From an uncultured Pseudobdellovibrionaceae bacterium (GTDB lineage: Bacteria > Bdellovibrionota > Bdellovibrionia > Bdellovibrionales > JAGQZY01), in contig CAYGNH010000008.1 in assembly GCA_964351315.1 (NCBI GenBank), forward strand, positions 84,180 to 148,179: a stretch of DNA of 64,000 nt, in the 5' to 3' direction. Each line of letters starts with the position of its first letter. Within the stretch, counting starts at the first letter, position 1. This document shows positions 17,389 through 27,559 of this stretch, one piece after another. Position numbers and translations under genes: made by a program. A model generated the notes under the pieces. It had not been told where the DNA came from. It did no database searches and saw only the letters and a list, made by a program, of their open reading frames with translations.

Positions 17389-18963
17389 TTAACTTTTTCT
17401 CAAACGTCTTTTATCAAGATCGTATTTTTCAACTTTCATGATCAAGCCTGCGCGACTGATTCCAAGTTCTTTCGCCAATTTGGATTTGTTCCAACCTGTG
17501 CGACGAAGTCCTTCTTTTATCATTTGCATTTCAAGCTCTTCGATGGCGTCTTTTAGCTTACCTGTAACACGGGTTCCTTGAACCTTAGTCTTTTGCCCAC
17601 CTTCAACAATTTTTGGTGATAGCATATCAGCCGTTATTTTAGTTTCTTCACCACTTAAAACAACAATTCGTTCCATTTCGTTTTGCAGTTCACGAACGTT
17701 TCCAGGCCAGTGATAATCGTAAAGCTTCTCAAGGGCTCGTTTCGTCAAGACGCGTTTGCTAATCCCAGAGCGTTTGCAGGCAAGGTCGATAAAAAACTCA
17801 GCCAGCAAAGGAATGTCTTCTTTGCGCTCTCGCAGCGGAGGGACTCGCAAATTGATAACATTCAAGCGATAGTATAAATCTTCACGAAAGGTTCCTTGCT
17901 CGACCATTTCTCGCAAATTTCTGTTTGTGGCCGCAATCATTCGGACATCAACCTTACGAGACTCTAGGGCTCCCACTGGAGTGAAAGTCCCCTCTTGTAG
18001 AACACGCAGCAACTTCACCTGCATCTGTGGAGAGGTGTCTCCAATTTCATCCAAAAAGAAAGTCCCTTTGTCGGCGATTTCAAACAAACCTTTTTTATCT
18101 TTATGGGCACCAGTAAATGATCCTTTAACGTGTCCAAAAAGTTCAGATTCAAGAAGGTTGTCGTTGAAAGCCGAGCAGTTTTGAATAACAAAAGGTTTGG
18201 CAGACCGTACAGAATTGTAGTGGATCGATTTGGCGATCAACTCTTTACCAGTACCATTTTCACCTTGAATTAAGACGGTTGAATCCGCACCTTTGATTTT
18301 ATCAAGAAGGGCATAGGTACTTTGCATGGCCTGTGACTTACCAATCATATTGTCGTATTTGTAGCGACTGCCTAATTCTTTGTTTAATTCGCGAATGCGC
18401 TCTTCTCGGTTGGTAATTTCGAGATGAAGAGTAACGATCTCACGAGAAACCAAGTCGACCAGGTCAATAAAATGGGCCCGATCGTTATCGTCAAGAAAAC
18501 GAATCTTTGAAACCGCGAAATCAATGGTGTCTCGGGTTTCACCCTGGCCAGCAAGACGGTCTTTTACCTCGTCAATTCTGTTTGTTTCGGCAGTGTCTTT
18601 GATGAATCCAAGGCCAACGACGGTCCCCATAAACTCACCGTCGATGACGATTGGAAAAACGGCCATGTCGAAACCAGCGTGCGACCATTTTGTTAAAGCA
18701 AAGCGGCTTTCTGTGGATTGCATTTCGTTGATGGCGCGCGAGACTTCTTCAGAGAGACCATCACGGTTTGCCTCTTTGTTAAGAAACGCTTGGACCGCTG
18801 GATTCACGACCGCGGACTCTTTAAAGCCACGAATACGACCTCGTTCGTCGGTAAAAACAACATCGATGTTCCACCAAGATGATAGAATCAGTTTCAATTT
18901 TTTAATAACGTGAATATGCTCAAACTCATCCCAATTGATCATGTCGTAACTCCTTACCGTCAA
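17389..18963 (-). CDS. Sigma-54-dependent transcriptional activator (bEBP) with N-terminal PocR-like sensor and C-terminal Fis-type HTH
   Basis: Walker A 'GENGTGKE', a GAFTGA variant 'GSFTGA', Walker B 'FFLDEIGD', 'RMIAATNRNL' and 'FREDLYYRLNV'. The C-terminus 'NKSKLAKELGISRAGLIMKVEKY' is the HTH. There is no receiver domain. Confidence 0.9.
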   Translation of the reverse strand: MTVRSYDMINWDEFEHIHVIKKLKLILSSWWNIDVVFTDERGRIRGFKESAVVNPAVQAFLNKEANRDGLSEEVSRAINEMQSTESRFALTKWSHAGFDMAVFPIVIDGEFMGTVVGLGFIKDTAETNRIDEVKDRLAGQGETRDTIDFAVSKIRFLDDNDRAHFIDLVDLVSREIVTLHLEITNREERIRELNKELGSRYKYDNMIGKSQAMQSTYALLDKIKGADSTVLIQGENGTGKELIAKSIHYNSVRSAKPFVIQNCSAFNDNLLESELFGHVKGSFTGAHKDKKGLFEIADKGTFFLDEIGDTSPQMQVKLLRVLQEGTFTPVGALESRKVDVRMIAATNRNLREMVEQGTFREDLYYRLNVINLRVPPLRERKEDIPLLAEFFIDLACKRSGISKRVLTKRALEKLYDYHWPGNVRELQNEMERIVVLSGEETKITADMLSPKIVEGGQKTKVQGTRVTGKLKDAIEELEMQMIKEGLRRTGWNKSKLAKELGISRAGLIMKVEKYDLDKRRLRKS

Positions 18964-19130
18964 CGAAATCTACACTTTCTTATCGTCAAAAAAGTGGACA
19001 ACTTAACAGTATTGCGGATAATTTAGTCAGATATTTTAAGTTATTGTTATCATTGGTCTTTTTCGTGGTCTGTCAAAAGAAAATATGTATCAAATTGAGA
19101 GCTGTATAAAGGGCAGTCAAAAAAGCATTG

Positions 19131-21068
19131 ATGTTGTCAGCAAACTTTGCCAAGTTGATCGACATGTTTAAATCTTGGCAGAGGCTCTGGCCCTTTATAA
19201 AACCCTTTAAACTGCAGGTGTTCATTGCCGTTGGCTTAGGGGTTTTGTACGCCCAATTGCAAGTTATTTTGCCTCTGCTGGGCCAAGCCTTGATCTCGGC
19301 ACTTGAAAATTTGGGTAACGAACAAAGTCTGAATCAATTAAAAAACAAGGCGGCCGAACTAGGTGCCAACCAGGGAACCCAAGATCAGCTCGAGGTCTTC
19401 AGCCAAATCCCAAAAGGGTTGGAAGCAAACTCTATATTTGTGAAAATTTCAGAAGCCCTGAATTTGCAGGCGGATTCGATTTTTCTGAATTTATCTAGTC
19501 AAGATGTAGTCTTCTATGTGGCACTGGCTTTTCCGATCTATTACCTCATTTTTGGAGCTGTCCGTTATTTCCATTTGTTTTTGGTCAAATTTGTTGGCGA
19601 TCAAATTATTTCAAATATACGAATATCTCTTATGAATAAGTTTCTCGACTTGGATGTTCTTTATTTGGGACGTCAGCAAAAAGGTTCAAGCGGTCTAATT
19701 AGCAGAACTTTAAATGACACACTTATACTGCAAAATGGTTTACAGTATTATGCCGACCTTATTCGTGAGCCGATAACAGCCTTTTTTCTCGTTGGTTGGA
19801 TGTTTTTCATTAATTGGAAAATTACCTTAGGGTGCTTGGTTTTCTTGCCTATTTTTATCACTGTGATTCGAATTATCACGAAGAGTTTGCGCAAATTTGG
19901 TCACCAAAGTCAGGAATCCTTAGAGGAAGTGACCAAAACTTTGAAAGAAGGGCTTGATGGCGTGCGTGTCATTCAGTCATTTAATTTGCAGCAAAAAATC
20001 AAAAAGAGATTTGCCGATCAGGTCGGAGACTTTTTGAGTAAACGAAAGAAAATAATTAAGAGGGAAGAACTGGGAAGCCCCATCAATGAATGGTTCGCTT
20101 CTATTTTAGTCTGTGGCATTTGCCTTTTTCAAGCTCAGCAAATAGTAACGGGAGAATCCGATTTATCGGCCTTTATCGGGTTTATCATTACGGCAGGCCT
20201 TTTGAATCACCCAATCAAGAAGACCCAGCAAGCCGTTATTCGGATTCAACAAAACATTGTGGCCATCGAGCGCCTTAATGAGGTCCTAGACAGTGAAAGC
20301 CAGATTCAGGAACCAGCCCAACCCAAAGATTTTCCAGAAACTTGGTCAGAGATCTCGTTTAAAGATGTAAGCTTTTCTTATGCTGACAAACCAGTTTTGC
20401 AAAACGTCGACCTTCAGTTGAAGAAGGGAGAGGTTGTCGCTTTGGTGGGTGAGAGTGGCTCGGGCAAATCCACGCTGGCTGGTCTACTTCAAAGATTTTT
20501 TGACCCCGTCTCAGGTTGTATTGAAATTGGCGGTGTCCCCATAAATGAAATGCAAACCCGAGACCTTCGCTCCCATATTGGATACGTGACTCAAGATGTC
20601 TTTTTGTTTGACGACTCTATTGAGAACAATATTTGGTTTGGTAATCTCAATCGGGACAAGAGTGATGTCCCAATGGCTGCAAAAATTGCCAACGCCACCA
20701 CCTTTGTCAAATCTATGGAACAAGGTTTGCAATCCAATGTGGGTGAAAGAGGTGGGCGTCTTTCTGGAGGGGAAAAGCAAAGAATTAGTATTGCAAGAGC
20801 AGTATTTAAAGATCCACCCATCCTTATATTAGATGAGGCGACCAGTGCTCTTGATTCAGCAAGCGAACAAGAAGTTCAAAAAGGCATTGAAAAGCTCTTA
20901 CAGGGGCGGACCGCTCTGGTTATTGCCCATAGACTGTCAACGATCATCAACAGCGATCGCATTGTGGTAATGAAAAACGGGAAAATAGTCGAGCAGGGTC
21001 GTCACGAAGACTTAATACGAAAGAATGCCGAGTACGCACGTTTTTACAACCTTCAATATTCTCAATAA
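19131..21068 (+). CDS. ABC exporter, fused permease/ATPase (MsbA-like)
   Basis: Six-TM ABC_membrane region. Walker A 'GESGSGKST', signature 'LSGGEKQR', Walker B 'ILILDEATSALD' and H-loop 'IAHRLST'. There is an unusually long polar loop between TM1 and TM2. Confidence 0.8.
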   Translation: MLSANFAKLIDMFKSWQRLWPFIKPFKLQVFIAVGLGVLYAQLQVILPLLGQALISALENLGNEQSLNQLKNKAAELGANQGTQDQLEVFSQIPKGLEANSIFVKISEALNLQADSIFLNLSSQDVVFYVALAFPIYYLIFGAVRYFHLFLVKFVGDQIISNIRISLMNKFLDLDVLYLGRQQKGSSGLISRTLNDTLILQNGLQYYADLIREPITAFFLVGWMFFINWKITLGCLVFLPIFITVIRIITKSLRKFGHQSQESLEEVTKTLKEGLDGVRVIQSFNLQQKIKKRFADQVGDFLSKRKKIIKREELGSPINEWFASILVCGICLFQAQQIVTGESDLSAFIGFIITAGLLNHPIKKTQQAVIRIQQNIVAIERLNEVLDSESQIQEPAQPKDFPETWSEISFKDVSFSYADKPVLQNVDLQLKKGEVVALVGESGSGKSTLAGLLQRFFDPVSGCIEIGGVPINEMQTRDLRSHIGYVTQDVFLFDDSIENNIWFGNLNRDKSDVPMAAKIANATTFVKSMEQGLQSNVGERGGRLSGGEKQRISIARAVFKDPPILILDEATSALDSASEQEVQKGIEKLLQGRTALVIAHRLSTIINSDRIVVMKNGKIVEQGRHEDLIRKNAEYARFYNLQYSQ

Positions 21069-23876
21069 TTATAAATTAAGATATTCCTTAAGATAGCGCC
21101 CTGTATGGGTTTTCTTTTTGCAAATTTCAATGGGAGAGCCTTGCGCTACCACTTTACCGCCTTCGACGCCGGCTTCGGGGCCCATATCGATAATATAATC
21201 AGATTGGGCCATAACTTCTAAATTGTGTTCGATGAGAAGAACACTGCCGCCTGTCTCCACGATTTGGTGAAGAATAGACATCAACATTTGAACCTCACGA
21301 AAATGCAGGCCCGTAGTGGGTTCGTCGAGTATGTACAAAGTTGCTTTTTGGTTTGTTTTATAGAGCTCTCTGGCGATTTTAATTCGTTGGGATTCTCCAC
21401 CACTAAGGCTTGAAGTACTTTGCCCTAGGGTCAAATAATCCAGGCCCACTTGCTTTAAAACACTTAAAGGTTTGCGAATGTTAGGATAGGAAACAAAAAA
21501 GTCCATGGCCTCCGCAACGGTGAGTTGTAAAACTTCGTAAATATTTTTCCCTTTATATTTAACCTCAAGAATTTCCTTGCGAAATTTTTCTCCACCGCAT
21601 GACTGACAAACAACCTTAATATCATCCATGAAAACCATATCAATAAGCTCGTAGCCAAGGCCTTTGCACACTGGGCAGCGACCACCATTCACGTTCAAAG
21701 AGAATGTCCCTGGAGTGTATCCGCGATTTCGCCCCTTCAAAGTTGTGGCATAGATATCACGAATGATGTCGTAAATTTTTAAGTAAGTGGCCGGGTTGCT
21801 ACGGGCGGATTTTCCGACAGGGGACTGGTTGATGTGCAATACATTTTTTAAGTTTTGCGCCCCAATTAGCTTTTTATAAGGTTCACCTCGGGTGAATTCA
21901 ATGTTGCACTCGGTGAGCAGTGCCGGAAAAAGAGTTTCGGTAACAAGAGTTGATTTGCCGGACCCGCTGACCCCGGTAACGGTGACAATTCGATTTAAGG
22001 GGATTTTTACCGAGGTGTTATTTAAGTTACGACCGGTACAGCCCTTCAATTCTAAGAAATACTTATACTCCTTCAGACCTACGGGACGAGGAGAGTAAAC
22101 TTGTTTGCGAACTTTTGATAAAAATTGATTGGTATTTGAGTCGGCGTAGGTTTCAAACTCTTCACGTGATCCATTGAAAACAATGGATCCACCCTTGTAG
22201 CCTGAGCCCGGTCCCATTTCGATAACGTGATCACTTTGTCTAATGACATCCTGATCATGTTCAACCACAACCAGGGTGTTTCCAAGGTCGTTGAGAGCTT
22301 TCAATTGTTTAATTAGCTGGTCATTGTCGCGAGGATGCAAACCAATGGTAGGTTCGTCGAGAACATAAAGGGCCTGTGATAAACCCATCCCAAGTTGTTT
22401 GGCAAGAAGCAGTCTTTGAAACTCACCACCAGAAAGAGTTCGGGTCTGTCTTGAGAGAGACAGATAATAGACTCCGATTTCATTTAGAAAACGCAATCGA
22501 GAAACAAGCTGTTCGTAAATGTCTTTTACCATTTCTTGTTCGTAATCAGTCATCTTTATTTTTTGTACAAACTCGTACAAATCTTTTAGACTCATCTCGC
22601 AGAGATCAGTGATGGTTTGGCCATTGATCAAATAGTTATCTGTCACTTTCAAAAGTCGAGAGCCTTTGCAGGTCGGACATTGAAAGGCCGTTTTGAATCG
22701 GGCTAAAAAAACTCGAACATGCATTTTGTATTTTTTAGTTTCAAGGTGTTCGAAGTAGCCTTTGACTCCGTAAAACTGACTGTTGCCTTCCCAGAGCAGT
22801 TCTCTTTGTTTTTTTGGGAGTTTGTTCCAGGCTGTTTCGGTCGAAATTTTTTTGGATTTACAATAGGTCAGTAATTTGCGTCGAGCCCGGGCTGCACTGG
22901 GCATAAAAAAGGGAACGATTGCGCCCTCGCTGAGGCAGAGGTTGGGGTTTGGAATCACTTTGTTTTCATCAATATCCAGTGTGTTGCCAAAACCATTGCA
23001 GTGAGAACAGGCTCCCACCGGGGAATTGAAGCTAAACAACTGAGGGGATTTGCTCGGCAAAACTTCATCGCACTCGGAACAAGCCAAGCTGTCGCTGATC
23101 TTAATAACATCGTTTTCAGTGGATATGATTTGGCTGGACCCATGACTTTGTTGATTGTACTTAATAGACATTTCATAGCATTGTCCTAAAGAATCAACGA
23201 TACGGCCCCTGTCTTCTTCTCTAACAGCCAAGCGATCGATAACAAGATAGAAATCTTTTTTTGGTAAATCTTTAACCTTTGTTTTGGCATCGATCTCAAG
23301 AGGATTTAGTTTTATATCCTTTTTGGATCGACTTTTATTCACTAAAATTCGATTAAATCCGTCGGCAAGAAGTGATTTCAGAAAATCCGAATTATTAAAT
23401 CGCTTTTGGTCTTGGCGAATCAACACCGTCAAGTAGACTCGGCGTCCGTCCCATTCTTGGATCAATTTGTCGGTAGCGGACGTCGGAGATTCACTGATCA
23501 CGGGACCATGGTTATTGGGGCAGTGGGCGGTTGAAAGCTTGGCGTACAACAAGCGTAGGTACTCGATTATTTCAGAAGTGGTTCCAACCGTCGATCGACT
23601 ATTTTTTATAGTATTTTTTTGTTCCAAAGCTATCGCTGGCGGAACATTGGCAATGCTGTCTAGCAGTGGCTTGGGGGCTTGGTTTAAAAATTGGCGAGCA
23701 TAACTTGATAAACTTTCAATATAACGACGTTGACCTTCGGCAAACAAGGTTTCAAAGGCTAGGGAGCTTTTTCCAGAACCACTGGGCCCGCAGATAACGG
23801 TGAAAGAATTGATGGGAATATCCACATCAATGTTCTTTAGGTTATTCTGCCTGACTCCTTTGAGCTCGATATTCAT
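21069..23876 (-). CDS. uvrA: Excinuclease ABC subunit A
   Basis: 935 aa. 'GPSGSGKSSLAFETLFAEGQRRY', zinc modules ('CSECDE..', 'CPTCKGSR', 'CPVCKGLG..CQSCGG'), two ABC signatures 'LSGGE(F/S)QR' and 'YILDEPT(I/T)GLH'. Confidence 0.97.
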   Translation of the reverse strand: MNIELKGVRQNNLKNIDVDIPINSFTVICGPSGSGKSSLAFETLFAEGQRRYIESLSSYARQFLNQAPKPLLDSIANVPPAIALEQKNTIKNSRSTVGTTSEIIEYLRLLYAKLSTAHCPNNHGPVISESPTSATDKLIQEWDGRRVYLTVLIRQDQKRFNNSDFLKSLLADGFNRILVNKSRSKKDIKLNPLEIDAKTKVKDLPKKDFYLVIDRLAVREEDRGRIVDSLGQCYEMSIKYNQQSHGSSQIISTENDVIKISDSLACSECDEVLPSKSPQLFSFNSPVGACSHCNGFGNTLDIDENKVIPNPNLCLSEGAIVPFFMPSAARARRKLLTYCKSKKISTETAWNKLPKKQRELLWEGNSQFYGVKGYFEHLETKKYKMHVRVFLARFKTAFQCPTCKGSRLLKVTDNYLINGQTITDLCEMSLKDLYEFVQKIKMTDYEQEMVKDIYEQLVSRLRFLNEIGVYYLSLSRQTRTLSGGEFQRLLLAKQLGMGLSQALYVLDEPTIGLHPRDNDQLIKQLKALNDLGNTLVVVEHDQDVIRQSDHVIEMGPGSGYKGGSIVFNGSREEFETYADSNTNQFLSKVRKQVYSPRPVGLKEYKYFLELKGCTGRNLNNTSVKIPLNRIVTVTGVSGSGKSTLVTETLFPALLTECNIEFTRGEPYKKLIGAQNLKNVLHINQSPVGKSARSNPATYLKIYDIIRDIYATTLKGRNRGYTPGTFSLNVNGGRCPVCKGLGYELIDMVFMDDIKVVCQSCGGEKFRKEILEVKYKGKNIYEVLQLTVAEAMDFFVSYPNIRKPLSVLKQVGLDYLTLGQSTSSLSGGESQRIKIARELYKTNQKATLYILDEPTTGLHFREVQMLMSILHQIVETGGSVLLIEHNLEVMAQSDYIIDMGPEAGVEGGKVVAQGSPIEICKKKTHTGRYLKEYLNL

Positions 23877-23924
23877 GCTCAGGAGCCTAACAGAATGTTT
23901 AGGGATAGGATAGATAATTTGCGG

Positions 23925-26618
23925 CTAAAATTCTTCTCGGTAAAAGTCGGTCTTGTCTTCTTCTTCTTGCCTGTTGGATTCTTCCTCGTTTTCAGTGCCG
24001 GGTTCGGTGCCCGTAATAAAAGCCTGTCTCACAACCTCGTGACTTCGGGCCGTGGCTAAGCGTCCAGTTTCATTGTCAATATTGGCAAAAACGATATTGT
24101 TTGGGATTGGGAAGTTCTCTTTCTGGCTGTTTTGATGAACTCCCAACATATAATCAAGCCATATGGGAAGGGCGGCACGACTTCCAGCCTCTCCGCGTCC
24201 TAAGCTTTTTTCTTGATCAAAGCCAACCCAAACTCCGGCACTTATTTGGGGGGTGTATCCCATAAACCAGGCATCATAGTATCCGTTCGTTGTTCCAGTT
24301 TTTCCAGCCACCTCCCGGTTGAGCTGGCGCGCTCGTCCGCCGGTGCCGCCCGCCTCGTTGACCACGGCCTGCAATAGAGTGGTTGTCAAAAAAGCTGTTT
24401 GTGGAGAAATCAATTGATCAAGATCATTAAAATAGAAGGGTGAAACTTTTTGAGTTTCTTCATCTTGCGACATTATCAGGCTTTCGTATTGTTCGCGTTT
24501 CTTTTTAAACTCCTCTTTGACAGCACCAATGGAATCCTTGAAATGTAAATCAAAGGAAACTTCTTGGGCCAGAATTTCCCCTTCTCGATCTTTGATTTCA
24601 TGAATAATGATGGGCTTCACATTTTTCCCGAGCTTGGCAAATATGGAGTACACCTTTGTCATTTCGTAAAGAGTGGCCCCACTTGATCCGAGAGCTAAAG
24701 ACATGTCCATATTGATCGGACTGAAGATGCCAAGGCGACGCGCGTATTCAGCAGCAAAAGAAACCCCCGTCTTTTCTAAAATCCGAATGGTTGGAGTGTT
24801 CAAAGACTTCTTAAGGGCGTTTCGCAAGAGAATATCTCCGGTAAAGCGTCCTCCATAATTTCCTGGTTTCCAAACTTTTTGCTCTTGATCTTCGGCAGAC
24901 TCCTGAACTTTTGCGCCCTCTTCGACTTCTTCGGTTTCGCCGGTTTCTTGGTTGTAAACGATCGGTGAGCCCATGATGGGGCTGGCTGGAGTGAGGCCCT
25001 TGTCTAGACCTGCGGCGTAGAGAATGGGCTTAAAAGACGACCCGGTTTGTCGAACCGCTTGGTAAGTTCGGTTGAGTTTAGTTTTGCGAAAATTGGAGCC
25101 CCCTACCATTGCTACGATATCGTCGGTTTTTAAATCCAATGATAGCAAGGCGGCTTCTGCTTTCGGTTCTTGTTCAAGAGAAACTTCAGCATACTCTTTC
25201 AAATTTTTACTGAACGTCTTACCAACTTTTACTTTTGTCGCAGTTTCCGCGACTAGCTCAACATCGATGACATCACCAATAGACAGAGCGTCGGAGGGCT
25301 TGTCGATATGAAGATAGTCTCCATAGATTTTGCTGGGGTCAGGCTGTCTAGCCCAGTCCATTCGTTGCATGGGAACGATTCCTTGAGATTCGGCAAATTT
25401 AACAACAACTAATTTGTTTTCATCGTCAACGTTAGTCACCACAGCCTGTACAATCTCACCTAACTGAGTGTACGGAGGGATGTTCGAGACGACCTCTCCT
25501 TTTTCGTCCTTCTTTTGATAGGAAGAAAACTCACCATATTCGTCGGTCGTTCCATCGGCAAAAACTTGAAAGGTGTCGTAGGCTTCATCAATCAGACGAT
25601 TTCTTTCGGTTGTTAAAAATTCAACCATCGCCTCTTCGTTTTCAATGTCGATGGATGCATTGGCCCCACGGTAACCTTGTCTTTTATCAAGCTCGCGTAA
25701 CCCTTTGCGAAGACTGGCTTGGGCTTTCTTTTGGGCATCGAAATCCAGGGAGGAATATATTTTTATTCCCTTATCGAGAATCATTTCTTCGCCCAATTCA
25801 GCCACCAAAAGTTGACGGATCGTTTCAACAAAATAGGGAGCCACCTCTTTGTACTTTTTAGTTCGATAGACAGTCAAAACCTCGTTGGCGGCCACATCAT
25901 ATTGGGCCTGGGTGATTCTCTCGGTTTCTAACATTCGTTTTAAAACATACTTTTGTCGAACCTTAGCCCGATCTGGGTTGGCTACCAAATTATAGGCGCT
26001 AGGAGCTGTTAAAGAGCCGGCAATCACCGCCATCTCAGCCAAAGTGAGGTCTTTCACCTTTTTCCGAAAAAAGGTTTCGGCTGCCGAGGCCACTCCATAA
26101 GCGCCTTGTCCAAAGTAGATCTGATTCAGATACAAATAAAGAATTTCTTTCTTTGTCATATTGGCTTCCATCCGGCGTGCCAAAATCGCTTCTTTCAATT
26201 TTCGGGTGTAGGTTTTCTCTGAGCTTAAAAACAGAGTTCTTGCCGCTTGTTGAGTGATCGTCGAGGCCCCCTGGGTGCGCTCCCCAGAGGTCAAGTTGGC
26301 AAAAACCGCTCTCAATATTCCTTTAAAATTAAATCCGTTGTGTGAATAGAAATTGGAATCTTCGGCGGCAAGAAAAGCGTTGATCAAATCTTCGGGAATT
26401 TCAGATACGTCGACGAGCTTTCGATTCTCGCGGTAAAACTCACCAATCTTTTCGCCATTACGAGCGTAGACTTCACTGACAAGTAAAGGCTCATAGTCCT
26501 GCACCGAAAACAAGGGTGGCAGAGAGCTAGCGATATAAAAATAAGCTCCTAGACCAGTGGCTAGTCCAAAAGCACCGAGAAAAACAAAAGAGATTGTGAG
26601 TTTTTTAAATTTTGTCAT
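23925..26618 (-). CDS. mrcA: Penicillin-binding protein 1A (bifunctional glycosyltransferase/transpeptidase)
   Basis: N-terminal TM. GT51 motifs are 'AAEDSNFYSHNGF', 'GASTITQQ' and 'RKLKEA'. Transpeptidase motifs are 'SSFKP' (SxxK) and 'KTGTT'. There is an acidic C-terminal tail. Confidence 0.92.
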   Translation of the reverse strand: MTKFKKLTISFVFLGAFGLATGLGAYFYIASSLPPLFSVQDYEPLLVSEVYARNGEKIGEFYRENRKLVDVSEIPEDLINAFLAAEDSNFYSHNGFNFKGILRAVFANLTSGERTQGASTITQQAARTLFLSSEKTYTRKLKEAILARRMEANMTKKEILYLYLNQIYFGQGAYGVASAAETFFRKKVKDLTLAEMAVIAGSLTAPSAYNLVANPDRAKVRQKYVLKRMLETERITQAQYDVAANEVLTVYRTKKYKEVAPYFVETIRQLLVAELGEEMILDKGIKIYSSLDFDAQKKAQASLRKGLRELDKRQGYRGANASIDIENEEAMVEFLTTERNRLIDEAYDTFQVFADGTTDEYGEFSSYQKKDEKGEVVSNIPPYTQLGEIVQAVVTNVDDENKLVVVKFAESQGIVPMQRMDWARQPDPSKIYGDYLHIDKPSDALSIGDVIDVELVAETATKVKVGKTFSKNLKEYAEVSLEQEPKAEAALLSLDLKTDDIVAMVGGSNFRKTKLNRTYQAVRQTGSSFKPILYAAGLDKGLTPASPIMGSPIVYNQETGETEEVEEGAKVQESAEDQEQKVWKPGNYGGRFTGDILLRNALKKSLNTPTIRILEKTGVSFAAEYARRLGIFSPINMDMSLALGSSGATLYEMTKVYSIFAKLGKNVKPIIIHEIKDREGEILAQEVSFDLHFKDSIGAVKEEFKKKREQYESLIMSQDEETQKVSPFYFNDLDQLISPQTAFLTTTLLQAVVNEAGGTGGRARQLNREVAGKTGTTNGYYDAWFMGYTPQISAGVWVGFDQEKSLGRGEAGSRAALPIWLDYMLGVHQNSQKENFPIPNNIVFANIDNETGRLATARSHEVVRQAFITGTEPGTENEEESNRQEEEDKTDFYREEF

Positions 26619-26653
26619 GGAGATATTTTAAATCAATGCCTCGTCAGAGTCTA

Positions 26654-27559
26654 TTAGTTCGTCGTTCCGGTTCCCGCTCCATTGACTGTGGTCTCGAGAG
26701 CGCCCCCGGGACCACTAATGCAGACAGCCGTAGCACTTAGAGCGTTTAAAAAATTGTTGGTTCGGGCTGCGGAATTGGCAGCCGAAGCCATGTTGCGTGC
26801 AAGCTGAGATTGGTAATCCAACTGGGCTTCTTGGCGCATACAATTTTCAACAATCACGCCTTGCCTAAAACTAAGGTTTTCGGAAAGGGCCGTCAGCTTC
26901 ATCGATGAGGCATCAATGCCGGCTTGCAAAATTCGTATATTGGCGCTTAGTTGTTGGGCTAAAAGATTGGCTCGTTCGATATTAGTTTCACTACCTAGAC
27001 AATCGTCATAAAAAAGTCTTTGAAATTGGTTAATATTGCGACCACGGGCAAACAGAGCCATGGGGCCGCCACGCTCCGGGGTGACGACGCCAGTCGAAAC
27101 CATTTGTTTCCATTCGGTGAAAACTTGACCAGAGCTTTGCTCGCACTCCTGCTTCAGGGCCAAAAGGGCTTGTCGGTACTCAAGTTTTTTGAGTTCAATT
27201 TGACTAGGTAGCTGCATCAACCGCTCTTCGTGGTCGGCTTCAGCATTATTTAGCTCCATGGTTACCTCAGCTAAATCGTTTCCGCACTGCCTTTCCATTT
27301 CCATATAGTTTTGAGAAATTCCAATAAGAGCCTCAGTTTCGTTGTTTTGTGCTTCGTAAGTTCGGGCAATTCCCTGTGAGGTACTATTGATCATTGAAGA
27401 AAAGCACCCACCTCCCGCACCGTTGGCGCCGAACCCGGCTTGGCCATTTTGCCACCGCAAATACTCTTGGGCCTGTTCGCCACTAAGAATAACCTGTTGG
27501 GCCAAGGCCGTTTGGGTCAATGTGGTAACACTAAAAAAGACTGCTAAAAACCAGTGCAT
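26654..27559 (-). CDS. Secreted Gln/Ala-rich, Cys-containing coiled-coil protein (hypothetical)
   Basis: Signal peptide is 'MHWFLAVFFSVTTLTQTALA'. No enzymatic motif. Several spaced Cys and heptad-like segments. Confidence 0.5.
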   Translation of the reverse strand: MHWFLAVFFSVTTLTQTALAQQVILSGEQAQEYLRWQNGQAGFGANGAGGGCFSSMINSTSQGIARTYEAQNNETEALIGISQNYMEMERQCGNDLAEVTMELNNAEADHEERLMQLPSQIELKKLEYRQALLALKQECEQSSGQVFTEWKQMVSTGVVTPERGGPMALFARGRNINQFQRLFYDDCLGSETNIERANLLAQQLSANIRILQAGIDASSMKLTALSENLSFRQGVIVENCMRQEAQLDYQSQLARNMASAANSAARTNNFLNALSATAVCISGPGGALETTVNGAGTGTTN

